NCBI GenBank assembly: GCA_026989495.1
Contig: JALSJE010000067.1
Location: forward strand, 282-64,281
From: Gammaproteobacteria bacterium
GTDB taxonomy: Bacteria > Pseudomonadota > Gammaproteobacteria > S144-34
Reading direction: 5' to 3'
Length of the DNA stretch: 64,000 nucleotides
The notes beneath the pieces are model-generated. The model did no database searches and was not told where the DNA came from. It was given only the letters and a program-made list of their open reading frames with translations. The position numbers were made by a program, and so were the translations under genes. Of this stretch, positions 53,921-62,707 are shown one piece after another (position 1 is the first letter of the stretch; each line of letters opens with the position of its first letter).

Positions 53921-54521
53921 GCGCGCCGGTCAGATCGCCTTTGCCTGCCTCGCGCTCGCCCTGGCATCCGCCACCCGGGCCGGAGGGCTGGCCTTGCGCA
54001 CCGGCACCGATCCGGAGACCGGCCTGCGCTGGTGGCGATGGCAGGCGGGCGGGGTCTCGGTCTACCTCGCCCAGCGTCTGCCGGACCAGACACGCGCCTT
54101 CTTCCTCGCGCGCGGCTTCGACCGGGCCAGCGTGGACCGCATCGCGGCCGCCTGCGTGCTCCAGCTCGAGATCCGCAACCTGGGCGATGCCGTCGTGGAG
54201 GCCGACCTGCGCCGGTGGCGCACGCAGGATCCGGACGGCACGCGCCGCCCCCTGCTGCTGCGCGAGCACTGGGAGCAGGTCTGGCAGCGGCTCGGCCTGC
54301 CGCGGGCGCAGCGCATTGCCTTCCGCTGGGCGCTCTTTCCGAGCCGCGTGCGCTACGGGTCCGGCGACTACAACTGGGGCATGATCCTGCTCGGGCGCCC
54401 GCCCGGCGCACGCGTGGACCTGGCGGTGCGCCTCGCCGTCGGTGGACGTCCGGTGGCGGCGGTGCTCCCCGGCATCGAGTGCGCCCCGGACGTGGCGCGG
54501 CTGCGCCCCGAACCCCCTTGA
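53919..54521 (+). CDS. secreted hypothetical protein
   Basis: 200 aa with a signal peptide (MRAGQIAFACLALALASATRA). No recognisable domain. Confidence 0.4.
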   Translation: MRAGQIAFACLALALASATRAGGLALRTGTDPETGLRWWRWQAGGVSVYLAQRLPDQTRAFFLARGFDRASVDRIAAACVLQLEIRNLGDAVVEADLRRWRTQDPDGTRRPLLLREHWEQVWQRLGLPRAQRIAFRWALFPSRVRYGSGDYNWGMILLGRPPGARVDLAVRLAVGGRPVAAVLPGIECAPDVARLRPEPP

Positions 54522-54552
54522 GCAGGCCCTGAACTCGTACAGAGGCGACACA

Positions 54553-55200
54553 ATGGAGGAGCCCCGCATGCGCCGTCGCAAGCTGCACACGATCGCCGCG
54601 CCATGCCTCGCCCTTTCCCTGTGGGCCCCGCCCGGCGGCGGCGCCGAGCCCGCCCTCACCAAAGGCCTGACGGCCGTGCATCCCCCGGTCCCGGCGCCGG
54701 ACTTCACGCTGAAGGACATGGACGGCAAGGCCCACCGGCTCGCCGGTTGGCGCGGCAAGGCCGTGATCCTGAATTTCTGGGCCACCTGGTGCCCGCCCTG
54801 CCGCAAGGAGATGCCATCCATGGAGCGCGCCTGGCGCAAGCTGCGGGAGGAGAAGGCGCCGGTGGTGCTGGTAGCGGTCAACGTGGGCGAGGACGCCGAC
54901 ACCATCTTCGGCTTCACCGCGCAAATGGATCTGAGCTTCCCTATCCTGCTCGACGAGCGCTCCGAGGTGGCCGACCGCTACCGCCAGCTCACGGGCATCG
55001 GGACCATGGCCTTGCCCACCACCTTCGTGATCGATCCCGAGGGACGCGTCGTGTACCGGGCCGTAGGCGGGCGCGAGTGGGACGACCCCGCCCTGCTCGC
55101 GCGTGTGCGCGCCCTGGTGCCCCCTGGCGCAGGCGACACGGCGCCGGCGCCCGGCGCGCCGACCGTCGAGCCCGCTCCCGCGTCACGCCGCCCCGGCTGA
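54553..55200 (+). CDS. TlpA/ResA-family periplasmic thiol:disulfide interchange protein
   Basis: Signal peptide, WCPPC active site, thioredoxin fold. The ATG at 54553 or 54568 is the likely start; the track ORF begins earlier. Confidence 0.75.
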   Translation: MEEPRMRRRKLHTIAAPCLALSLWAPPGGGAEPALTKGLTAVHPPVPAPDFTLKDMDGKAHRLAGWRGKAVILNFWATWCPPCRKEMPSMERAWRKLREEKAPVVLVAVNVGEDADTIFGFTAQMDLSFPILLDERSEVADRYRQLTGIGTMALPTTFVIDPEGRVVYRAVGGREWDDPALLARVRALVPPGAGDTAPAPGAPTVEPAPASRRPG

Positions 55201-55221
55201 TGCGTGCGCCTCCCGTGATGG

Positions 55222-55366
55222 AAAAGGAAACGCTGATCAATCCGCTGCTCGGATCGATCAGCGCGATAGTGCTTCGCGGTCCATTCTGATTTTCCTTGAG
55301 TCGTCATGCACTTCCCTGTGCATGGACCGTCCCGCGGCCGTCCCTGGCCGCGGGGAAGGCGATCGA
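55222..55366 (-). repeat. multi-hairpin intergenic repeat, copy D (inverted, lacking the TGAAAAATC hairpin)
   Basis: Reverse-complement of the core: ...CTGATCAATCCGCtgcTCGGATCGATCAG...CATGCACttccctGTGCATG...CCGCGGCCgtccctGGCCGCGG. Confidence 0.75.
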
Positions 55367-55419
55367 CGCCGGAGGCGGGCCCCGCGGGCCGGCACCGTCC
55401 AAGGCCCAGGCCGCCCCTC

Positions 55420-56070
55420 GCGCACGCTGCACGACGCTTGCCAGCGTCCTGGGCGCCCTCCTCGCGCTGCTCGCCTACGCCTTCGCCTTCCAGGGCAGCC
55501 GCGGGTTGTGTGAGCCGGACGAGGGGCACTACACGGAGGTGGCGCTGGAGATGCTGCGTCTGGGCGACACGCTCGTGCCGATGCTCAACCACGAGCACCC
55601 CACCACACCAAGCCGCCGCTCACCTGCTGGGCCTTGGCCACGGCCCTCACCCTCGGCGGGCCCAGCGAGTGGGGCCGCGCGCGCACCCAATGTCCTCGCC
55701 TTCGCCGCCACCGTCCTGCTGCTCGCCCTCCTGGGCCGCCGCCAGCGATGACGTCGAGATCGTCTTCGTGGACGACGAGGCGCGCTACGGCCTCGCGTTC
55801 TACCTGGGGCGCGAGGTCGAGCGCGTGTGCCTCGAGGCGAGCTGCCGCTCGCGCACGCGTTTCGGCGGGGACGAGCTGCTGGCGGTGGAGCTGCGGCACG
55901 ATCCCGTGCCGCAGATCTACCTCTACCGGCCCAGGCTGCGGAAGGCCCTGCAGGCGGAGCTGGCGCGCGCGGGCTTTGCGCTCGAGCCTCTGGGGCACGT
56001 CGGGCGGTGGGAGGCGGCGCTCTCGCGCCGCGGCGCGAGAGCGCCTCCGGCTGGCCGCTCAGGCGCCCTC
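55420..56070 (+). pseudogene. degraded ArnT/PMT-like (GT-C) glycosyltransferase remnant with frameshifts and internal deletion
   Basis: Frame A gives LLALLAYAFAF...CEPDEGHYTEVALEMLRLGDTLVPMLNHEHP. Frame B continues HHTKPPLTCWALATALTLGG. A third frame gives a C-terminal-like DDVEIVFVDDEARYGLAFYLGREVERV...IYLYRPRLRKALQAELARAGF. The pieces match the N- and C-terminal ends of GT83 enzymes, but about 350 internal codons are missing. Confidence 0.5.
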
Positions 56071-59000
56071 CGCGCGCCTCAGCACGTGCGTGAGCCACAG
56101 GTCGCCGAGGCGGTCCTGGAGCCGGTTCTGGGCCTGGCGTGCGGCGAGGTTGTCCAGGTCCACCCGCAGCAGCGGCTGGTCCTGCTCCGCGCAGGAGAAG
56201 ACCGCGCGCGTGCGCCGGCCGGTGCGCGGGTCCACCTGCCACTGCAGGCACTGGGCGCACACGCCCTTGAGCATGCACTGCATGGGGCTGCCCACGGTGC
56301 CGAAGGCCTCCACCCCCGGGCGGAAGGCGCCCGCGAGCGCACCCCCTGGCGCCAGCGCCCGCTGGAAGGCGCGCAGCAGGCCCGTGCCGCCCATCACCAG
56401 CACCTCGTCCACCGCGGCGAGCGGGATGAGCGGCCTCCCCTCCGCGGGCCTCAGCGCACCCTCGGCGTAGCGACGCAGCACGGCCACCAGGTCGGCCTCC
56501 ACCACGCCGAGATCCTGTGGCCGCCGCGGCTCGATGCCGGGCGCCCGCGCCGTGGCCCAGATGACCTGGTCGGCCGCTGCCTCCAGCTCCTCGCGGTGCA
56601 GCACCTGCCCCGCCTCGGCGAAGGCGGCGAGCAGCAACACGCGGTCGCCTGCCGCCCGCAGGGCCGGACCCAGGCCGAGCATGACCGCCGCGCCCCAGCT
56701 CCCCGTGACCACGAGCACCGTGCGCCCGCGCCCGGTGGGGGTGGGCGCACCCGAGGGCCCCATGAGCACGATGCGCTCACCTGGCCGCAACCGCGCGACC
56801 AGGCGCGAGGGCCCGCCGAAGCGGAAGACGAACAGCCGCAGCGCCTCATCCTCCACGCCCGCGCCGCTCACCGTCTGCAGGGGGATGGCGAGCCGCGTCC
56901 CCTCCACCACCGGCGCCGCCGACTCGTAGGTCTGCAGGCGGAAGAACTGGCCTGCGGCGAAGCTGCGCGCGGCCATGGGCGCGCGCACGTAGAGCTCGGT
57001 CACCCCTCCGCGATCCTCGGCACGCTCCACCCGCGCGGTGAGCAGGTCCTCCATGCGGGCCCGGAAGCGTGCGAGCGCCGCCTCGTCCGCCGGGCGCGCC
57101 GGCAGCCGCGCCATGGCTTCCACGACGTGGGGCCAGCTCCGCGCAGCCGAGGCGATGGCCTTGACCACGCTGCCGTGGAAGACGGGATGGGTGTCTCCCA
57201 CGAAGCTCACCAGGCGGCCCTCGCGCTCGTAGGAGGTGAAGGGGCCGAAGACGGGCTCCTTGCAGTGCGCGGCCACCGCCACCGGCTGCAGCCCGTCCGG
57301 CTGCAGCACGTGCGGGCGGAAGTGGTCTTCGTCGAGGGCGAAGGTGCCGGGGTGCTCGCGCTCGTAGAGCGTGTTGGGCAGGGCGCCGGCGGCGACGAAG
57401 ACCGAGCGCGCGCGCAGCCGCACCTCCTCGCGCGTGTCCAGCCACCGGCCGGCCTCCTTGCGCCGGCGCCGGAAGACGACGGCCTCCACGTGGCCCCAGC
57501 GGTCGAGCTCGAGCCTCAGGGGATCCAGGCCCTCGCGGTAGTAGATCCCCTCCTCCATGGCCTTGACGATCTCCTCGTGGTTGCGGATGTAGGCGGGCGA
57601 TTCGTTGAGGCCGCGCCGGTAGCAGATGGTCACGCCGCCCCAGCGCCTGAGCAGCGGCACGAAGTCCGGCGCCTCGCCGACCGCGGCCGCGCGCGCGCGC
57701 TCGGCGCGTACCGCCTCGGCATGCGCCAGGAACTCGTCGAGGATGGCGCGGTCCTCCTCCTCGAGCAGGCCGCGCACCCGATCCTCGCCCAGCTCCGCCA
57801 CCAGGCGCTCGTAGCGCGCGGCGACCTTCTCCACCTGGCGGATGTAGTAGGCCTGCACTTCGGTGGCGGTGTCCACGGCGGTGAGCCCCCCGCCGATCAC
57901 CACCGCGGGCAGGCGCACCTGCAGGTTGGCGAGGCTGTCGTCCTTGGCTGCGCCCGTCAGCTGCAGGGCCATGAGGAAGTCGCTCGCCTGGCGCATGCCG
58001 CGGGCGAGGCTGTTGCCGATGTTGAGCACGCGCGGCAGGCCCGTGCCGCAGGCGTTGACCACGTGGTCGAAGCCCAGCGCCCAGGCGTCCTCGATCGTGA
58101 GCGTGCCGCCGAAGCGCACCCCGCCGAAGACCTGGAAAGTGGGCCGGCGCAGGAGCGTGAGGTAGATCAGCTTGAGCAGGTTCTTGTCCCAGCGCACCGT
58201 GATGCCGTACTCGGCCACGCCGCCGAAGCCGTAGAGGATGCGCCGGTCGAGCGGCTCGACCATCTCCTGCCAGTCGCGCACGGGCCCCCGCACCCAGGCC
58301 TCCGGGAGGGGCTCGATCTTGAGCCCGTCGATGCCCACCACGGCGCAGCCCTCCATGGTGAGGTGGTGCGCCATGGTGAAGCCGGCCGGCCCCATGCCTG
58401 CCACCAGCACACGCCGCCCGTTCCATGGCCGCATGCGGTGCTGGCGATGGCGCAGCGGGTTCCAGCGCGTGAGCAGGTCGTAGACCTCCACCCCCCAGGG
58501 CAGGGCCAGGACATCGGTGAGCACGCGCGTCTCGATCTGCGGGATGTCCACCGGGTCCTGCTTCTGGTAGATGCAGCCCTTCATGCAGTCGTTGCAGATG
58601 CGGTGCCCGGTCGCGGGCAGCATGGGGTTGTCGGCCATGGCCATGGCGAGCGCGGCGATGGTGCGCCCTTCGCGCTTGAGCCAGTGCATCTCCGAGATGC
58701 GCTCGTCGAGCGGACAGCCCGTGAGCACCACGCCGAGGGGATTGACCTTGAGGCCCGCGGACTGGTCGCCCTTGCGCTCGGGAAAGCCGCGGGAGCAGAA
58801 GTCGCCCTCGTGGGTGTGGCAGTAGACGCAGTAGTGGACCTGGTCCTGGACCTCTCGCGCGCTCGCGCGCGGATCGGTGAGGGCGAAGCCGTCGCGCCGG
58901 CGCAGACGCTCGACCTCGCCGATGCAGCGCCGCCCGACGGCGTCCTCATGGCACTCCACCGGCACGAGCCGCGCGTAGTCGACGCGTGCAGGGAGGCGAA

Positions 59001-59580
59001 AGCTCACCCAGCCGCGCACGGCCGCGCTTCCTGCGGGATCCTGCAACGCCAGGGCGCACCACTCGGTGAGGCGCTCGACGAGGTCGGCGTTGGCGTCCTC
59101 GTCTTCGAGCAGGGCGAGCCCGTAGCGTGCCACGGCCAGCTCGCGGTCCAGGTCCGCGAGCCCGGCGCCAGCGAGCGCCTCGTCCAGCCAGCGGTCCAGC
59201 GCCTCGAAGCTGTGGCGGAAGGGGCCGCGCCGGCGGCGCGCGCGCTTGAGCACGAAGCTCTCCTTGAAGCGCGCCACCGCGTTCTCGGCGAGCGTCGCCC
59301 CGCGCGAGGCCGCCAGCTCGGCCTCGATGCCGAAGAGCCAGGCGAGGAAGCCCTCCACGTGCGGCGCCAGCGCCAGCAGGAAGGCGCTGGCATGGCGGTC
59401 GCGCGGCGGCTCGGGGCCCGCGCGCCAGTCCTCGAGCCGCCCCCGCAACGCTGGCGCCTCGCGCCCGAGCCGCTCCAGGAAGGCCGCATCGAGCCGCGCC
59501 AGCCCCTCGGCCGTGCGCAGGTCCTCGTAGGCCATGCCGAGCTCGCGCAGCCCGGGGAATGCCTGCCCGCCCATGCTCAT
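56059..59580 (-). CDS. large fused oxidoreductase: N-terminal unknown domain + GltD/NfnB-like (Fe-S, FAD/NAD(P)H) + PyrK/NfnA-like FNR module with 2Fe-2S
   Basis: 1173 aa. Cys motifs (CVYCHTHEGDFC; CNDCMKGCIYQ), two dinucleotide-binding GxGxxG regions (VLVAGMGPAGFT; VVIGGGLTAVD), an FNR-like block (GQFFRLQ), and a C-terminal CMLKGVCAQC. Confidence 0.55.
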   Translation of the reverse strand: MSMGGQAFPGLRELGMAYEDLRTAEGLARLDAAFLERLGREAPALRGRLEDWRAGPEPPRDRHASAFLLALAPHVEGFLAWLFGIEAELAASRGATLAENAVARFKESFVLKRARRRRGPFRHSFEALDRWLDEALAGAGLADLDRELAVARYGLALLEDEDANADLVERLTEWCALALQDPAGSAAVRGWVSFRLPARVDYARLVPVECHEDAVGRRCIGEVERLRRRDGFALTDPRASAREVQDQVHYCVYCHTHEGDFCSRGFPERKGDQSAGLKVNPLGVVLTGCPLDERISEMHWLKREGRTIAALAMAMADNPMLPATGHRICNDCMKGCIYQKQDPVDIPQIETRVLTDVLALPWGVEVYDLLTRWNPLRHRQHRMRPWNGRRVLVAGMGPAGFTMAHHLTMEGCAVVGIDGLKIEPLPEAWVRGPVRDWQEMVEPLDRRILYGFGGVAEYGITVRWDKNLLKLIYLTLLRRPTFQVFGGVRFGGTLTIEDAWALGFDHVVNACGTGLPRVLNIGNSLARGMRQASDFLMALQLTGAAKDDSLANLQVRLPAVVIGGGLTAVDTATEVQAYYIRQVEKVAARYERLVAELGEDRVRGLLEEEDRAILDEFLAHAEAVRAERARAAAVGEAPDFVPLLRRWGGVTICYRRGLNESPAYIRNHEEIVKAMEEGIYYREGLDPLRLELDRWGHVEAVVFRRRRKEAGRWLDTREEVRLRARSVFVAAGALPNTLYEREHPGTFALDEDHFRPHVLQPDGLQPVAVAAHCKEPVFGPFTSYEREGRLVSFVGDTHPVFHGSVVKAIASAARSWPHVVEAMARLPARPADEAALARFRARMEDLLTARVERAEDRGGVTELYVRAPMAARSFAAGQFFRLQTYESAAPVVEGTRLAIPLQTVSGAGVEDEALRLFVFRFGGPSRLVARLRPGERIVLMGPSGAPTPTGRGRTVLVVTGSWGAAVMLGLGPALRAAGDRVLLLAAFAEAGQVLHREELEAAADQVIWATARAPGIEPRRPQDLGVVEADLVAVLRRYAEGALRPAEGRPLIPLAAVDEVLVMGGTGLLRAFQRALAPGGALAGAFRPGVEAFGTVGSPMQCMLKGVCAQCLQWQVDPRTGRRTRAVFSCAEQDQPLLRVDLDNLAARQAQNRLQDRLGDLWLTHVLRRAEGA

Positions 59581-59645
59581 ACCCGTGGAACGCCGGAAGG
59601 GGCGTCCATGCTACGCGAGCCTCTGCGCGGCCGCCACCGCACGGG

Positions 59646-60551
59646 CTAGCCCTCGTTGGCCACGCCATGGGGCACGTGGCCGGTGGGCACGCGGCCGGCG
59701 GCCGACTCGCAGTGCACGCGCTGGTCGTCGAAGAAGATGTCGGCGCCGAAGGCCTCCAGGAAGTCGCCCTTGTCGAGCCCGCCCAGGAAGAGTGCCTCGT
59801 CGATGCGGATGCTCCAGGCGCGCAGCGTGCGAATGACGCGCTCGTGGGCCGGAGCCGAGCGCGCGGTGACGAGCGCCGTGCGGATGGGGCAGTCCTCGGG
59901 CGGGAAGGCCGACTGCAGACGGTTGAGCGCCGCGAGAAAGCCCTTGAAGGGCCCGCCGGGCAGCGGCTCGCGCGCCGCGTCGCGCTCGGCGCGCGCGAAG
60001 GCCTCGAGGCCGTCGCGCTTGTAGATGCGCTCGGCCACGTCCGCGAACAGCACCGCATCCCCGTCGAAGGCGATGCGCACCACCTCGTCGCCCGCAGCGC
60101 GGGTGTGGCGGCCCGGCAGCAGGGTTGCGGCAGCGAAGCCCGCCTCCAGGGCGCGGCGCACGTCCTCCGGGTCGGCGGATAGGAAGAGGTCCGCCCCGAA
60201 GGGACGCACGTAGCGGTAGGGCGAGGCCCCGCCCGTGAAGGCCGCGCGCGTGATGGCGAGCCCGTGGAGCTGGATGGAGTTGAACACGCGCAGGCCCGTA
60301 TCGGCGCTGTTGCGCGAGAGCAGGATCACCTCCACCGCAGGGCGCCCGAGCCGCTCGTTGAGCGCGAGCAGCTTGCGCACCAGGGGGAAGGCCACCCCGG
60401 GCTCCAGGGGGTCGTCCTCGTGCTCTATCTGGTAGCGGCAGTAGGCCTCGACGCCCTCTTGCTCGAAGACCCGGTGGCTCTCCTCCAGGTCGAAGAGGGC
60501 GCGCGAGGAGATCGCCACCACCAGCCTGTCGTCAAGCCGCTCCGGCATCGC
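59646..60551 (-). CDS. 5'-nucleotidase (HAD-like, Legionella-type 5_nucleotid family)
   Basis: Start MPERLDDRLVVAISSRALFDLEE, in-frame within ORF 59646..60689. Motifs match the cytosolic 5'-nucleotidase family (pfam06189-like). Confidence 0.6.
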   Translation of the reverse strand, partial: AMPERLDDRLVVAISSRALFDLEESHRVFEQEGVEAYCRYQIEHEDDPLEPGVAFPLVRKLLALNERLGRPAVEVILLSRNSADTGLRVFNSIQLHGLAITRAAFTGGASPYRYVRPFGADLFLSADPEDVRRALEAGFAAATLLPGRHTRAAGDEVVRIAFDGDAVLFADVAERIYKRDGLEAFARAERDAAREPLPGGPFKGFLAALNRLQSAFPPEDCPIRTALVTARSAPAHERVIRTLRAWSIRIDEALFLGGLDKGDFLEAFGADIFFDDQRVHCESAAGRVPTGHVPHGVANEG

Positions 60552-60633
60552 CTTCCCCTGCTTTCCGTGCGGATGAGCCCCGGGGGGCCGGCCGCTACAA
60601 TGGCCCGGGACATTCTCGCACAGGCGGCCCCCC

Positions 60634-62112
60634 GTGACGGCATCCAAGACCGAAACCGCTCTCGCAGGCACCTGCTGCACGGCCGGCACGCCCCCCCGGC
60701 GCGCCGGCGGGCCCGCGCAGGTGGTGCTGATCAGTCCCTACGAGATTGGCCGCCAGCCCTTCGCGCTGGCGCACGCGGCCGCGTGGCTGCGGCGCGCGGG
60801 CCTCAGCGTGGACTGCCTGGACCTGGCGGTGGAGCGCCTCGATCCGGCGCGGCTGTCGGGCGCACGGCTCGTGGCCGTGCACCTCGCCATGCACACCGCG
60901 ACGCGGCTCGCCGCCGCGGCACTCCCCCTGATCCGTGAGGCCGCGCCTGGAGCGCACCTGTGCGCCTTCGGCCTCTACGCGCCCGTGAACGAACGGTACC
61001 TCCGCGGCCTCGGCTTCGAGAGCGTGCTGGGCGGCGAGTGCGAGCCCGACCTCACGGAGCTGGCGCGCGAGATCGTGGCAGGGGGCGGCGACGGCGCCGC
61101 TGGAAGCCGTGTCGCGGCCCACGTGCGGCTCGAGCGCGTGCCTTTCCTGCTCCCGGCCCGGGACACGCTGCCTCCCCTCGAGCGCTACGCGCGCCTGCTC
61201 CTGCCTGGCGGCGGCGAGCGCACCGTGGGCTTCGCCGAGACCACGCGCGGCTGCAAGCACCTGTGCCGCCACTGCCCGGTGGTGCCGGTCTACCGCGGCC
61301 GCTTCTGGGCCATCCCGGTCGAGACCGTGCTCGCCGACATCGCCCAGCAGGTCGAGGCGGGCGCCGAGCACATCTCCTTCGGCGACCCGGACTTCCTCAA
61401 CGGCCCCACCCACGCCCTGCGCGTGGTCCGCGCCCTGCACGAGCGCTTCCCACATCTGAGCTGGGACTGCACGGTGAAGATCGAGCACCTGCTGCGCCAC
61501 CGTGACCTCCTCCCGGAGCTGCGCAAGCGGGGCTGCCTCTTCGTCATCTCCGCCGTGGAAGCGGTGGACGACGCCATACTCGCCCGGCTGGACAAGGGCC
61601 ACACGGCGGCGGACCTGGAACGGGCGGTGACGCTCATGCGCGCAGCCGGGCTCGCGCTCGCCCCCACCTTCGTGCCCTTCACGCCCTGGACCACCCTCGA
61701 AGGCTACGTGCTTCTGCTCGAGACGCTGGTGCGCCTCAGGCTGGTTGAGGCGGTGGCGCCGGTGCAGCTCGCCATCCGGCTGCTGGTCCCGGCCGGCTCG
61801 CGCCTGCTGGAGCTCGAGGCGCTGCACCCGCACCTCGGCCCCTTCGACCCGGCGCTGCTGGGCCATCCCTGGCGCCATCCGGATCCCCGCGTGGACGCGC
61901 TCCAGCGCCGGGTGCAGGCCTGGGCGGCCGAGGCCGAGCGCCGCGGGCTCCCGCGCCGGGAGGCCTTCGCCGGTGTCTGGCGCCTGGCCCACGAGGCGCT
62001 GGGCCGCGCCGCTCCCGCGCTGCCCGAGGACCTGGGCGAGCCCGTGCCGCGCCTGTCCGAGCCCTGGTACTGCTGCGCCGAGCCCACCGAGGACCAACTC
62101 ACCAAACTTTGA
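60634..62112 (+). CDS. B12-binding-domain radical SAM protein
   Basis: N-terminal B12-binding-like region (VVLISPYEIG...LVAVH) and a Cx3Cx2C cluster motif, GCKHLCRHC. The start could be further downstream. Confidence 0.65.
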   Translation: MTASKTETALAGTCCTAGTPPRRAGGPAQVVLISPYEIGRQPFALAHAAAWLRRAGLSVDCLDLAVERLDPARLSGARLVAVHLAMHTATRLAAAALPLIREAAPGAHLCAFGLYAPVNERYLRGLGFESVLGGECEPDLTELAREIVAGGGDGAAGSRVAAHVRLERVPFLLPARDTLPPLERYARLLLPGGGERTVGFAETTRGCKHLCRHCPVVPVYRGRFWAIPVETVLADIAQQVEAGAEHISFGDPDFLNGPTHALRVVRALHERFPHLSWDCTVKIEHLLRHRDLLPELRKRGCLFVISAVEAVDDAILARLDKGHTAADLERAVTLMRAAGLALAPTFVPFTPWTTLEGYVLLLETLVRLRLVEAVAPVQLAIRLLVPAGSRLLELEALHPHLGPFDPALLGHPWRHPDPRVDALQRRVQAWAAEAERRGLPRREAFAGVWRLAHEALGRAAPALPEDLGEPVPRLSEPWYCCAEPTEDQLTKL

Positions 62113-62152
62113 GCGGGATGGTTGGCTGCACCGCGCCGGCGACCGTGGGAAA

Positions 62153-62638
62153 ATGGTGCCGGGAGGGCCTTCCTTGAGCCACGCGACCGATCACGACCCC
62201 TTTCTGACCGCCTGGCGCGGCAGCTTCACCGGCATCCTGCGCTGGTCACAGCTGGAAGCGCTATGGACACGCATCCGGGCCCGCGCCCACGAGGGCTGGT
62301 ACATCTATGCCGTCGGCGAGCCCCCTCCCACCGAGCCGGCCGCCCCCCAGTCACTGGCCCGTTTTCTGGTCGAGATCGACAGCCTACTGCGCTCGGAGCA
62401 CCGGGAGGACTACTGCGGCATCGTCTACGCAGACGATCCTGAGCAACCTTCCCTCGTCAAGATCTATGATCCTGGCAAACTGGGCGCCGTGTGCGGCACC
62501 AGCGGACAGCCGCCATTGCCGGGCTGGGTGCTCTCCCTGATGCCTCCGGTAGACCTGCAGGTGACGGCATCCCCGCCGGCGGGACGCCGGCGGTGGTGGC
62601 GTCGGCTGTTCGGCATCCGGCACCAGCAAGGCAGGTGA
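62153..62638 (+). CDS. hypothetical protein
   Basis: 161 aa (MVPGGPSLSHATDHDPFLTAWRGSFTGILRWSQLEALW...), in-frame within ORF 61745..62638. No recognisable domain. Confidence 0.35.
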   Translation: MVPGGPSLSHATDHDPFLTAWRGSFTGILRWSQLEALWTRIRARAHEGWYIYAVGEPPPTEPAAPQSLARFLVEIDSLLRSEHREDYCGIVYADDPEQPSLVKIYDPGKLGAVCGTSGQPPLPGWVLSLMPPVDLQVTASPPAGRRRWWRRLFGIRHQQGR

Positions 62639-62707
62639 CCGCTGCCGCCATGCATGCCAGAATCGCACATAGGCCAGACGGACAGAATGAGGAGAGGAGC
62701 GATCCCG

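Noticed and set aside
19731-55366. Possibility that the repeated elements form a CRISPR array
   Set aside because: The copies are about 165 bp long, 1-28 kb apart, irregularly spaced and separated by genes. There are no short regular repeat-spacer units and no cas genes.
55306-59649. 1447-aa plus-strand ORF
   Set aside because: It begins inside repeat copy D (the MHFPVHGPSRGRPWPRG peptide is repeat-encoded) and runs antisense to the well-supported 1173-aa oxidoreductase gene. Its content is Arg/Ala/Gly-rich, with no domain.
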